Part shown: piece by piece, positions 1 through 8,624 of the stretch
Numbering within the stretch: position 1 is the stretch's first letter
How the letters are laid out: each line of letters begins with the position of its first letter
Assembly: GCA_027334715.1 (NCBI GenBank)
Contig: DAHWUG010000001.1
Location: 15,324-79,323 of the forward strand
Source of the DNA: Nanobdellota archaeon
GTDB taxonomy: Archaea > Nanobdellota > Nanobdellia > Pacearchaeales > GW2011-AR1
Direction of reading: 5' to 3'
DNA: 64,000 nucleotides
Notes under the pieces: generated by a model
Told to the model about the DNA's origin: nothing
The model's input: the letters and a program-made list of their open reading frames with translations, nothing else
Databases searched by the model: none
Position numbers and translations under genes: made by a program

Positions 1-215
1 TTTATGAAATCAGAGACAGTTTTTCTTTCTATTGCGACCCCCGCAACAATATAATCTGCAACTTTTAACTCTTTAATATCAGAATCAACACCAAGAGATA
101 CGAGCTCGGGAATAATAAGAGAACTTTTTTCCCTATAATCTGCCTGTATTCTTGGCCTTTCAGCTATTTTTTCTTTCTGTGTATTTTTCAGGAAAATGTT
201 GAATATTTCTTTCAT
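1..215 (-). CDS. ERCC4/XPF-type nuclease domain protein (Hef nuclease half), partial; runs off the window start
   Basis: Minus-strand ATG at 215; translation MKEIFNIFLKNTQKEKIAERPRIQADYREKSSLIIPELVSLGVDSDIKELKVADYIVAGVAIERKTVSDF matches the ERCC4 nuclease motif (GDY..ERK..D); sits directly downstream of the Hef helicase ORF. Confidence 0.5.
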   Translation of the reverse strand, partial: MKEIFNIFLKNTQKEKIAERPRIQADYREKSSLIIPELVSLGVDSDIKELKVADYIVAGVAIERKTVSDFI

Positions 216-222
216 TTTTTGT

Positions 223-1782
223 TTATTTCAATGTTTTCTGGAAATTCAACTTATTTTTTTCATTCAGGCCTTTGCGCACAGAGTCTATTGCAGTGTCCAT
301 TTTTTTTTCCTTTGCCCTTGAACTATAAAAATAAGCCTCATCCCTTGTTTTGCTTGTTATAAGCATTATAACTTTTCCTTTCATTAGTCTTGCTGTTCTT
401 CCTGCTCTTTGGATAGCCCTTATTGCAGACGGAACAGGTTCATAAAAAATAACAACATTAACCTCTGGAATGTCAAGACCTTCTTCACCTATGCTTGTTG
501 CACAGATTACATTAATTTTTCTCTCTGAAAAGTCTTCTATTATTTTTTTCTGCTCTTTCTGGGTTAATCCCGATACCCCCTCCTTGCTAATTTTTTTTGC
601 CTGTCCAACAAAAACTTTGGCCTTTACTTCAGAAATACTATTCAATGTTTTGCAAAGTATTTTCGCTGTTTCTCTGAACTGGGAGAAAACAATTATTTTG
701 GCTTTCTCATTTTCCCTGAACTCTTTCTCGACAATTTCCCGAAGAGCATGGATTTTTGGATGCTCCTGGTTTTTAGTCAGGAGCTCTTCAGAATTAATTA
801 AGGCAAAATTAAACTCTGGTTTTGAAACAAGTCTCATTACTCCTTTATTCTCTTTTTTTGCAGCCTGACTGTAAAGTTCTTTCATGTATTTGTTAAATCC
901 ATACATTGTCTGTGTTTCCAAAAGCTCCATAGCATGCTGAAGCTTTACTGCCTGTGCACATGCACTTGAAGCCAAAAGTGTATTGAAATTCTTGTTTCCC
1001 TGGGAAATCATGAACATTAACTTTTTCTGGAGTTTTATCAGCTCTGTTTTTGTAGGAAACCCGAAAAAAACTTTCCTGTTTCTCAGCTCATCAATATATG
1101 AATGGAAAAGCCTGAGAAGAGATGCGTTTATTTCCTGAAATTTTTTAGGCAAATCGAGAATTACCTTTTCAAACTCAAGCTCCTGAAGGTACGGGGCAAC
1201 ATCTTGACTGTGCCTGTTTCTCAGCTCAACTTCTTCTATTGAAAGATTTTTGCAAATGTCCCTTATTTTCTGAGCTTCGCTTCCTGGAGAAGCTGTTAAT
1301 CCAAGGATTCTTGGATTTTTTGCGGTTTCCATATATTTTCTTGCCAGATAATTATAAGAATAATTTTGAACGCATCTGTGCGCTTCATCTTCTATAAGAA
1401 GGCAGACATTTTCCAAATCATAAAGACTTTTGCTTACATCGTTTGCGACACATTGGGGAGTTGAGAAAATGATATCTGCATAACCCCAAATTTTCTGCCT
1501 GTTTTCGGGAGAGATTTCTCCGGTGAACAGCTCAAGAGAACCAAAAAGCTCAGGGAGATTGCTTTTAAAATATAAAAGATGCTGCTCTGCAAGAGGTTTT
1601 GTGGGAGCAAGAAAAACAACTTTTTCCCCCGGAAATTTTTTTATCCTTTCAATTGAAAGCATCAATGCAATAAGTGTTTTTCCAAGACCAGTAGGAAGGA
1701 CAACTAAGCAATTTTTTTTAACGCAAGTCTCAAAAATCTTTTGCTGATACTCCCTCGGTGAGACATTAGATAAAAATTCCAT
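223..1782 (-). CDS. hef: Hef-like superfamily-2 helicase (helicase domains only)
   Basis: 519 aa; Walker A PTGLGKT, DEAH-like IEDEAH, helicase C motifs ATSIGEEGLD, QRAGRTAR. Confidence 0.8.
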   Translation of the reverse strand: MEFLSNVSPREYQQKIFETCVKKNCLVVLPTGLGKTLIALMLSIERIKKFPGEKVVFLAPTKPLAEQHLLYFKSNLPELFGSLELFTGEISPENRQKIWGYADIIFSTPQCVANDVSKSLYDLENVCLLIEDEAHRCVQNYSYNYLARKYMETAKNPRILGLTASPGSEAQKIRDICKNLSIEEVELRNRHSQDVAPYLQELEFEKVILDLPKKFQEINASLLRLFHSYIDELRNRKVFFGFPTKTELIKLQKKLMFMISQGNKNFNTLLASSACAQAVKLQHAMELLETQTMYGFNKYMKELYSQAAKKENKGVMRLVSKPEFNFALINSEELLTKNQEHPKIHALREIVEKEFRENEKAKIIVFSQFRETAKILCKTLNSISEVKAKVFVGQAKKISKEGVSGLTQKEQKKIIEDFSERKINVICATSIGEEGLDIPEVNVVIFYEPVPSAIRAIQRAGRTARLMKGKVIMLITSKTRDEAYFYSSRAKEKKMDTAIDSVRKGLNEKNKLNFQKTLK

Positions 1783-1827
1783 TTTGAGAAAGAGAATTCA
1801 GCCGTTAAATACTTTATTAACCAAAAA

Positions 1828-2496
1828 TTAAGTCAAGAAGAATACATAGCCAATACCAATCAAGACAAGCGTTGCAAGGAAGCTCCACAATACTGTATTT
1901 CCAAAGAAAATCTTGTTTCCATCAAGGTCTGAAAATGGAAGAATGTTGAAGAAAGCATAGAATACGCTTAACCTTGCAAATGTCGAAAATCCAGTTAGAT
2001 AACCAACAACAGCTGCCACAATAGTTATGAAAATGCCAGCTGCAGCAATTAATCCTATATGATATTCTGTCATTTCAGAAAAAGAATACAGTCCATGTCT
2101 TTTTGCTGCCCTTGAAACCTTTGGCTTTACATCAAAGACAGTTATAGCCATCCAAAAGATGTTTCCGAGCGTTATTACTGAAATTACTATTGGAAGAATT
2201 ATTCCCAAAGGTATATTCATGTAAGAAAATTCCCCCTTTCTATATCCTGATTTTTGGAAAGTCCATATTTTTGTCTCTGCCTCAGAATCAAGATAGTAAG
2301 CTGCAATCTTTTTTGCAGCAACATTCAGCAAAATTATGACAAAAACAGCTAGGAGAATCTCAAGAAGTGACTGAAATTTCAAAAAGTTTATTGTAACAGC
2401 AAGAACTACTGTAGCAAGAATGATTGTTCCGATTTCTCTCTTTCCTAACATAGTTATAACACGAAATATTTTCTTATAAAGTTTGTTATTTTGCAT
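1828..2496 (-). CDS. polytopic membrane protein with site-2-protease-like LDG motif but no HExxH
   Basis: 222 aa, multiple TM helices, NILPFSDLDGNKI motif; no metal-binding HExxH seen. Confidence 0.4.
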   Translation of the reverse strand: MQNNKLYKKIFRVITMLGKREIGTIILATVVLAVTINFLKFQSLLEILLAVFVIILLNVAAKKIAAYYLDSEAETKIWTFQKSGYRKGEFSYMNIPLGIILPIVISVITLGNIFWMAITVFDVKPKVSRAAKRHGLYSFSEMTEYHIGLIAAAGIFITIVAAVVGYLTGFSTFARLSVFYAFFNILPFSDLDGNKIFFGNTVLWSFLATLVLIGIGYVFFLT

Positions 2497-2587
2497 TTTT
2501 TTCGGGCTTTTTCCTGTTTTTTGACGAATTTTCTAATATACAGTAAAACGTAGAAAAGTATTTAAATAACTCTTATTAATTTTTTAT

Positions 2588-2881
2588 ATGCGAGTAAGAA
2601 AAATAACAGAGGTTATAGGCCTTAGGGCTTTCACAGATTCTGGTGAATTCTTTGGAGAAGTAGAAGAAGCAAACTTAAAAGATAACAGAATAGATGGTTG
2701 GAGGATAAAAGTTGGAGGAAATGTTGTTTCTTTGGTTGGCGGAGCAAGGGGGGTTATAATCCCGCATCAGTTTGTCAAAGCAATAAGCGACGTTTTCATC
2801 ATAAATAAGACAGCTATGCCTACTTCTGGCGGAATGGAATCTATGACAGAAGTAGAAGAAGTCCCTGAAGACTTGGTATAA
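2588..2881 (+). CDS. PRC-barrel domain protein
   Basis: 97 aa; glycine-rich beta-barrel pattern typical of archaeal PRC proteins. Confidence 0.45.
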   Translation: MRVRKITEVIGLRAFTDSGEFFGEVEEANLKDNRIDGWRIKVGGNVVSLVGGARGVIIPHQFVKAISDVFIINKTAMPTSGGMESMTEVEEVPEDLV

Positions 2882-3085
2882 TTCTTATGGAAAAAAAGAA
2901 TAAGACAAGAACTTAAGGGAAGATATTTTTTAATTAAACATTTCTTTTAATTGAGTAATCTGATTATTAACATGGCTTATTTAATGTTCTAACCACAAAA
3001 TTTTCTGCAAAACCATAAATATTTTTATCATAAAAATATTTAAATAGAGATCTTCACTTTATAACTTATAAGGATTTAATATTAA

Positions 3086-3577
3086 ATGACAACGACAACA
3101 ATACTACAAAGTTCTATTTTTACCGACTTTGCCTTTCCCTTCCTTTTAATATTCTTCATACTTTTCGGAATTCTTGAAAAGACAAAAGTTTTTGGTGACG
3201 ACAAACACACACTTAATGCGATGATTTCCTTTGTTGTCGGCCTGATTTTTGTGGCAGCTGTTTTTCCAAAGGTAATTGTTGGCAACCTGATACTTTTCCT
3301 TACTGTTGCAATTGTTGTTGTCTTCATAGCACTTTTGCTTTGGGGATTTATTTCCGGAGAAGCGCCCAAGGTTCCGGCAAAACTTCAGGCATTAATAGGA
3401 ATTGTGGTTGCAATCGCAGTTGTTATTGCCTTACTTTGGGCAATAGGGATTGCAACAAATATATTTGACTTTTTATTCAATTCAAGCTGGAGCTCAAGCT
3501 TTTGGACAAATTTTGCGTTTATTGCTGTCGTAATTATTGGAATGGCTGTTGCAATCGGTGGAAGCAAGAGTAAGTAA
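3086..3577 (+). CDS. integral membrane protein, paralog 1 of a tandem pair
   Basis: 163 aa; FGILEKTKVFGDDKHTLNAMISFVVGLIF core shared with the next ORF (FGILSRVNIFGENKGLNAVIALVVGLL). Confidence 0.5.
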   Translation: MTTTTILQSSIFTDFAFPFLLIFFILFGILEKTKVFGDDKHTLNAMISFVVGLIFVAAVFPKVIVGNLILFLTVAIVVVFIALLLWGFISGEAPKVPAKLQALIGIVVAIAVVIALLWAIGIATNIFDFLFNSSWSSSFWTNFAFIAVVIIGMAVAIGGSKSK

Positions 3578-3630
3578 TAATACCCTAAACAATTTCTATA
3601 TCACATTCTAGAAAACTATTTAAATAAGAT

Positions 3631-4215
3631 TTGATAAATTGTAATATGTTCGTTCATATTTTGAGCATGCAGTTTGCAGGTTTTTTCGGAGGTGATATCG
3701 GAAATCTTCTTGCTACAGCGGAACAAGCAGGAGTTTTCAGCTATGTACTGCCTTTCTTGTTAATTTTCGCGATTGTTTTTGGGATTTTGTCTAGAGTGAA
3801 TATTTTTGGTGAGAACAAAGGGCTTAATGCAGTCATTGCACTTGTTGTAGGACTTCTTTCATTGCAGTTCCAGCTTGTTCCTTTATTTTTCTCCCAAATA
3901 TTTCCAAATTTAGGAGTTGGTCTTTCCGTAATTTTGATTATGTTAATTTTACTAGGGCTATTTATGCCAGCAGATAAACCAAACTCAATGAATTACATCC
4001 TTCTTAGTGTAGCAGCAATAGTCTTTGTTATAATTGTTGCAAATTCATTTTCTAGCACAGGGTATTATGGATTTTCAGACATTATGTATTTTATTTATGC
4101 ACATTTGTCCGGAATAGTAATAACCCTTATAGTACTAATTGCAATAGGTGCTGTTATAGGTTCAAGCGGACCAAAAGCAAAACCATACACTGCAGTATAC
4201 CAAAAATCCCCATAA
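3631..4215 (+). CDS. integral membrane protein, paralog 2 of a tandem pair
   Basis: 194 aa; same conserved core as 3086..3577. Confidence 0.5.
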   Translation: MINCNMFVHILSMQFAGFFGGDIGNLLATAEQAGVFSYVLPFLLIFAIVFGILSRVNIFGENKGLNAVIALVVGLLSLQFQLVPLFFSQIFPNLGVGLSVILIMLILLGLFMPADKPNSMNYILLSVAAIVFVIIVANSFSSTGYYGFSDIMYFIYAHLSGIVITLIVLIAIGAVIGSSGPKAKPYTAVYQKSP

Positions 4216-4220
4216 ATTAA

Positions 4221-5087
4221 TTATCTTCTGGAAATTTTTCTTATTGTCTTTTTTGATTTTTGGACAAGAACATTGCCCTGGCTGTTTTTATTAGGGACTG
4301 TTTGCTGCGCAGGAATTTTCTGCCTGAATGCAGAAGTTTCTCTTTCCTCTGCCCTATCTGCAAGATTATTAACAACTTTCCCGAATGAATCCTGCATCAT
4401 CCCCATTTCTTTCTTTATTGATTCAAGACCATCACCATAACTTTCAACCTTGTCAAAAATTGATGCCTGAAGACTGTCAATTATACTCTCTATTTTTTTC
4501 AGCCTTTCTGAAATGTAATTAACTTTCGATTCCGTAAGAACTTTAAATTCATTCATTTCATCAATCTTTTTCTGTATTGGCTTATTTTTTTCCGAAAAAA
4601 CCTGTTCTGCAACTTCCATCATTGTGTCTGTATCAGGAGCTGCCATTGGCAGGTACCCGTAACTTTGTTGCGACTGCTCCTGCTGCATTTCAGGATACTG
4701 CTGATACTGCTGTTGCTGGGGGTAATAAACTTCTTGTGATCCATACATTTCTTCTCCGGGAATTTCCTTTGTTATCATTGCTGGCATAGTCATTACTGGT
4801 ATCCCATACCCTGTTCCTGGTTTTGGAGGAATAAGGTCTTCATCATTTATGTTTCCCTCTGTTGGAAGTCTGTCCGGTTCATCTTCATTGTCAAGAATTG
4901 AATGTTCCATTCCCTCTGTAGATTCATTTTGATTATCAATGCTTGAAACAGCACTTTTTATCTGTGCTCTGCTCATAGCGTCTGTAATATCTGCTGGGGA
5001 AGTACCTTGTTCTGTAAGCTTTTGAATTATGTCAGAATCAGAAACGCCCTTATTTTTTAATTCAACCACCTGGTCCAAAACACTCAT
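4221..5087 (-). CDS. hypothetical protein with N-terminal UBA-like helix bundle, Q/Y-rich low-complexity middle and C-terminal coiled coil
   Basis: 288 aa; QQQQYQQYPEMQQEQSQQSYGY low-complexity tract; sits next to the pilus locus. Confidence 0.5.
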   Translation of the reverse strand: MSVLDQVVELKNKGVSDSDIIQKLTEQGTSPADITDAMSRAQIKSAVSSIDNQNESTEGMEHSILDNEDEPDRLPTEGNINDEDLIPPKPGTGYGIPVMTMPAMITKEIPGEEMYGSQEVYYPQQQQYQQYPEMQQEQSQQSYGYLPMAAPDTDTMMEVAEQVFSEKNKPIQKKIDEMNEFKVLTESKVNYISERLKKIESIIDSLQASIFDKVESYGDGLESIKKEMGMMQDSFGKVVNNLADRAEERETSAFRQKIPAQQTVPNKNSQGNVLVQKSKKTIRKISRR

Positions 5088-5139
5088 TTTTGTTTTTATT
5101 CTCCTCTTTTTATTCTTTTTCCTATCTTCTATTATTTAA

Positions 5140-5550
5140 TTAGTCATTTAATTTTTTTAAATCTTTTTTTCTTACAAATTCCAAAGGCTGAAACATTTTT
5201 GCCTGTTTTGTAAGCAATTCAAGATCTTCTTTTCTGGCAAAATTTGAAAATTCGGCAGATGCACTTTCAAGAAATCCTACAAGCCTTTCCATATTTCTTT
5301 TTATTTCCCCTATCTCCTTTTTTATTTCAAGAATGTCCGAAGATGTTTTTTCCTTTGTTTCAATAAGATTCTGGCCTATAAGAAGGATTCTTTCCCTAAG
5401 CATTTTTTGCTTTTCTTCCATATCCCTGAAGCGCATGATTATATCTGCAAAAAAAGAATCATTATTTTGCTGGATTTCTGCCATATTTAGAAGAGCATGA
5501 AGCGGTTTAAATTTGTTGTGTTTACCGATATATTCATCTACAATATACAA
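5140..5550 (-). CDS. coiled-coil hypothetical protein
   Basis: 136 aa, heptad-rich, divergent from the pilus ATPase gene. Confidence 0.45.
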   Translation of the reverse strand: MYIVDEYIGKHNKFKPLHALLNMAEIQQNNDSFFADIIMRFRDMEEKQKMLRERILLIGQNLIETKEKTSSDILEIKKEIGEIKRNMERLVGFLESASAEFSNFARKEDLELLTKQAKMFQPLEFVRKKDLKKLND

Positions 5551-5582
5551 AGAATTTTAAACATCTCAGGCTTTTTTTTGAA

Positions 5583-7865
5583 ATGGCTGAACAAGAGGCG
5601 AAAATAGGCAGTTATGAGTCAAAAAGAGAAGGTGGAGAGGACATTCTTTACATAAATTACCTTGGCGCCCCATTTGTGCCCAATATTGCCGACCTTCCCG
5701 ATGTTATGGCAAAAACAATTGATGCACTTATAGAAAATCCAAATGTTTCAAGAGTTGTTTTTGTCCAGCAGAAGAATTACAATTATAATCTGGAAGAGAC
5801 ATCAATGCTTCTTGAAATTGCGCAGCTTTACAATTACTTTTCAAAGCAAGAAAGACTGCTTTCCAGAGAAAAAATAGGCGGGGTCGAACAATTTTTCCCG
5901 CAAAGATATAATGAGCTTTTTACTTTCATCATGATGCTAAAGCAGGACCCACTTGCAGCTTATTTTGAAATGAAAAAAATCCTGATAAATGCAAGAATAC
6001 TCCTCGATAACATAGGAACAAGGTATAAAATTGACCAGGCAGGATACATAAGCCTTATTGAAAGAATCGTTTCCCTGCTTGAGAACACTGTTTTGATACA
6101 AAAAGCAATGCCCTGGCTTTCTGATTACAGAAAAGGAGACAGGGAAATCTATGGAAGAATTTTCAGCCCTGATGTAATCCCTAATTTTACATTCACAAGA
6201 CTTATTTCTGATCTGCCTGAAGATGCAGAGATTGTTGACCAGTATGAAATTTCCGGAGATGGTTATGATGTTTCATTGGTAACTATTCTGAAGAAAATAG
6301 ATGAGTCAAAATTAATTTATCATGTGATTCCCCCAGAAAATACCTTAAGCGAAGATCATTCCGACTTATTGAACACTGCAAGAAAGGTTCTTATTGAGCA
6401 TCAGCCAAAAGCAGAAGAATTTACAGACACAGAAAGGACAAGGCAGGTTTTTTTCAATATCTCAAAAGATCTGCTTCAGGACTTAAGTCAAAGCAAGAAA
6501 ATAAATGTAAATTATTCTGACTTGAACAAGCTTGCAACAATTCTTGTCAGGCATACAATTGGATTCGGATTGATTGAGGTTTTGCTTCAGGATAAGAAAT
6601 TGCAGGATATCTCATTAAATGCGCCGATTTCAATGACTCCTATTTTTGTAAGGCATCAGGATTATGATGAATGCATTTCAAACATTTTGCCAAGCCAGGA
6701 AGATACTGACTCATGGGCTGCAAAGTTTAGGCTTGTTTCAGGAAGGCCCTTAGACGAGGCAAATCCAATACTTGACACCCAGCTTGAGATAGGGAAGATA
6801 AGGGCAAGAATTGCAATAATACAGAGGCCATTGAGCCCTGATGGACTGGCTTATGCAATAAGACGTCACAGAGAAGAACCATGGACACTTCCTCTTTTTG
6901 TTCAAAACAAGATGATGAACTCTTTTACAGCAGGTCTTATGAGCTTTTTAATTGACGGTTCAAGGACAATGCTTATTGCAGGAACGAGGAGCAGCGGAAA
7001 AACAAGTATACTTGGCAGTTTAATGTTGGAGATAATACCAAAATATAGGATTATTGTAATTGAGGATTCTCTGGAACTTCCTGTTGAATCACTAAAAGAC
7101 TTGAAATATGATATCTTGAGAATGAAAGTAAGAAGCGCATTGTTAAAAACAACAACAGAAGTTTCTGCAGATGATGGAATCAGGACAAGTCTAAGACTTG
7201 GGGACAGCTGTCTGATAATTGGAGAAGTAAGGAGTTTGGAAGCACAAGCACTTTATGAAGCAATGCGTGTAGGTGCTTTGGCAAATGTTGTCGCAGGTAC
7301 AATTCACGGTGCAAGTCCCTATGCTGTTTTTGACAGGGTTGTAAATGACCTTAATGTTCCAACAACTAGCTTTAAGGCAACAGATATAATAGCTGTTGCA
7401 AATCCGATAAAAACTCCTGATGGTTTGCACCAGTTCAAGAGGCTTGTGCAACTTTCTGAAGTAAGAAAAGAATGGAACAAAGACCCTCTTGATGAAAAAG
7501 GATTTGTTGATTTACTTAAATACAATGTAGAAAAAGACGAGCTGGAGCCGACAGAGGACTTGATAAACGGCGACAGCGAAATTGTCAAGGACATTGCCTC
7601 AAATGTTAAAGGATGGGCTGGAAACTGGGATGCTGTTTATGACAATATTCTTTTGAGGGCAAAAATCAAGCAGGAGATAGTTGATGTTGCAGAAAAAACA
7701 AAAAATTATAAAATTTTGGAAGCTGGCTTTAACACAGAAGCAAATCATGCATTTCACAGAATTTCAGATGAAATCAGAGAGGAAATTGGACTGCCTTTGG
7801 GAGAAAGGGTTTTTTCAGATTGGCAGAAATGGCTAAATCAAAAAGTTAAAGGGAAGAAAATCTAA
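5583..7865 (+). CDS. type II/IV secretion ATPase (FlaI/PilB/VirB11 family) of an archaeal type IV pilus system, with a long N-terminal extension
   Basis: 760 aa; Walker A GTRSSGKTS, Walker B IIVIEDS; Asp/His-box-like region GEVRSLEAQALYEAMRVGALANVVAGTIHG. Confidence 0.85.
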   Translation: MAEQEAKIGSYESKREGGEDILYINYLGAPFVPNIADLPDVMAKTIDALIENPNVSRVVFVQQKNYNYNLEETSMLLEIAQLYNYFSKQERLLSREKIGGVEQFFPQRYNELFTFIMMLKQDPLAAYFEMKKILINARILLDNIGTRYKIDQAGYISLIERIVSLLENTVLIQKAMPWLSDYRKGDREIYGRIFSPDVIPNFTFTRLISDLPEDAEIVDQYEISGDGYDVSLVTILKKIDESKLIYHVIPPENTLSEDHSDLLNTARKVLIEHQPKAEEFTDTERTRQVFFNISKDLLQDLSQSKKINVNYSDLNKLATILVRHTIGFGLIEVLLQDKKLQDISLNAPISMTPIFVRHQDYDECISNILPSQEDTDSWAAKFRLVSGRPLDEANPILDTQLEIGKIRARIAIIQRPLSPDGLAYAIRRHREEPWTLPLFVQNKMMNSFTAGLMSFLIDGSRTMLIAGTRSSGKTSILGSLMLEIIPKYRIIVIEDSLELPVESLKDLKYDILRMKVRSALLKTTTEVSADDGIRTSLRLGDSCLIIGEVRSLEAQALYEAMRVGALANVVAGTIHGASPYAVFDRVVNDLNVPTTSFKATDIIAVANPIKTPDGLHQFKRLVQLSEVRKEWNKDPLDEKGFVDLLKYNVEKDELEPTEDLINGDSEIVKDIASNVKGWAGNWDAVYDNILLRAKIKQEIVDVAEKTKNYKILEAGFNTEANHAFHRISDEIREEIGLPLGERVFSDWQKWLNQKVKGKKI

Positions 7866-7866
7866 A

Positions 7867-8571
7867 ATGAAAGGCCAACATTCTGAATTAGTCAAAGAGC
7901 ATTTTGATATTAAATACAAAGGTTATGACAAATTAATAAAAAAGCTCATTCCTAATTATGAAAGAATGCATAGCTTAATACTAAAAAACTTGCGTTTTAA
8001 TAAAGGTATAAAAATTAAAGTTCTTGACTTAGGTATTGGAACCGGAAAAACTTCTTTGGAAATTTTTTTAAAATTTCCAAATGCTAAAATTGATGGTGTG
8101 GATATTTCTAAAAACATGATTAAACAAGGCAAGCAAAGACTTAGAAATTATCTTTCTAGGCTGAGTTTTATAGAACAAGATGTAGCAAAGCTTAGTTTAC
8201 AGGGGAAGTATGATACTGCTGTTTCTGTATTATGCATACATCACCTAAATTCCAAACAAAAACAGATATTATTTTCTAAAGTTTTTGATTTATTAAAGTG
8301 GAATGGAATATTTATTATAGCTGACATCGTAAAATTTGATTCCAAAAAAGAAACAGCAAAAAATGAAAGTAAATGGAAACATTTTTTAATAAAAAATTTA
8401 GGGAAAAAAGAAGGGCAATATTGGTTTGATAATTACCTTGAAGAAGACTTGCCAAGCTCTGTTCGAAACCAATTAACATGGCTAAAAAAAGCTTATTTTA
8501 AAGAAGAGAAAGAAATTTTTGAACATATGAATTATTCAGTATTTTACGGAAAGAAAACTATAAACTTCTAA
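7867..8571 (+). CDS. class I SAM-dependent methyltransferase embedded in the pilus operon
   Basis: 234 aa; motif I VLDLGIGTGKTS; motif II/post-I DGVDIS; its start lies 1 nt after the ATPase stop. Confidence 0.7.
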   Translation: MKGQHSELVKEHFDIKYKGYDKLIKKLIPNYERMHSLILKNLRFNKGIKIKVLDLGIGTGKTSLEIFLKFPNAKIDGVDISKNMIKQGKQRLRNYLSRLSFIEQDVAKLSLQGKYDTAVSVLCIHHLNSKQKQILFSKVFDLLKWNGIFIIADIVKFDSKKETAKNESKWKHFLIKNLGKKEGQYWFDNYLEEDLPSSVRNQLTWLKKAYFKEEKEIFEHMNYSVFYGKKTINF

Positions 8572-8624
8572 AGATTTATTAATTGTTTTTAATTATAGAT
8601 ATCATTGATAAAAAGTGGTGAAAA

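Noticed and set aside
470-1747. ORF-track entries 470..868(+), 1434..1619(-), 1523..1747(+) lying inside the hef gene
   Set aside because: They lie antisense or out of frame to a well-supported helicase gene, have low-complexity translations and no motifs; spurious.
1828-2496. Site-2 protease annotation for the 222-aa membrane protein
   Set aside because: The LDG motif is present but the zinc-binding HExxH is absent, so calling it an active M50 peptidase is not supported.
3082-3567. Minus-strand ORFs 3082..3369 and 3385..3567
   Set aside because: Mirror images of the hydrophobic plus-strand membrane protein gene; typical antisense artefacts of AT-rich TM-coding DNA.
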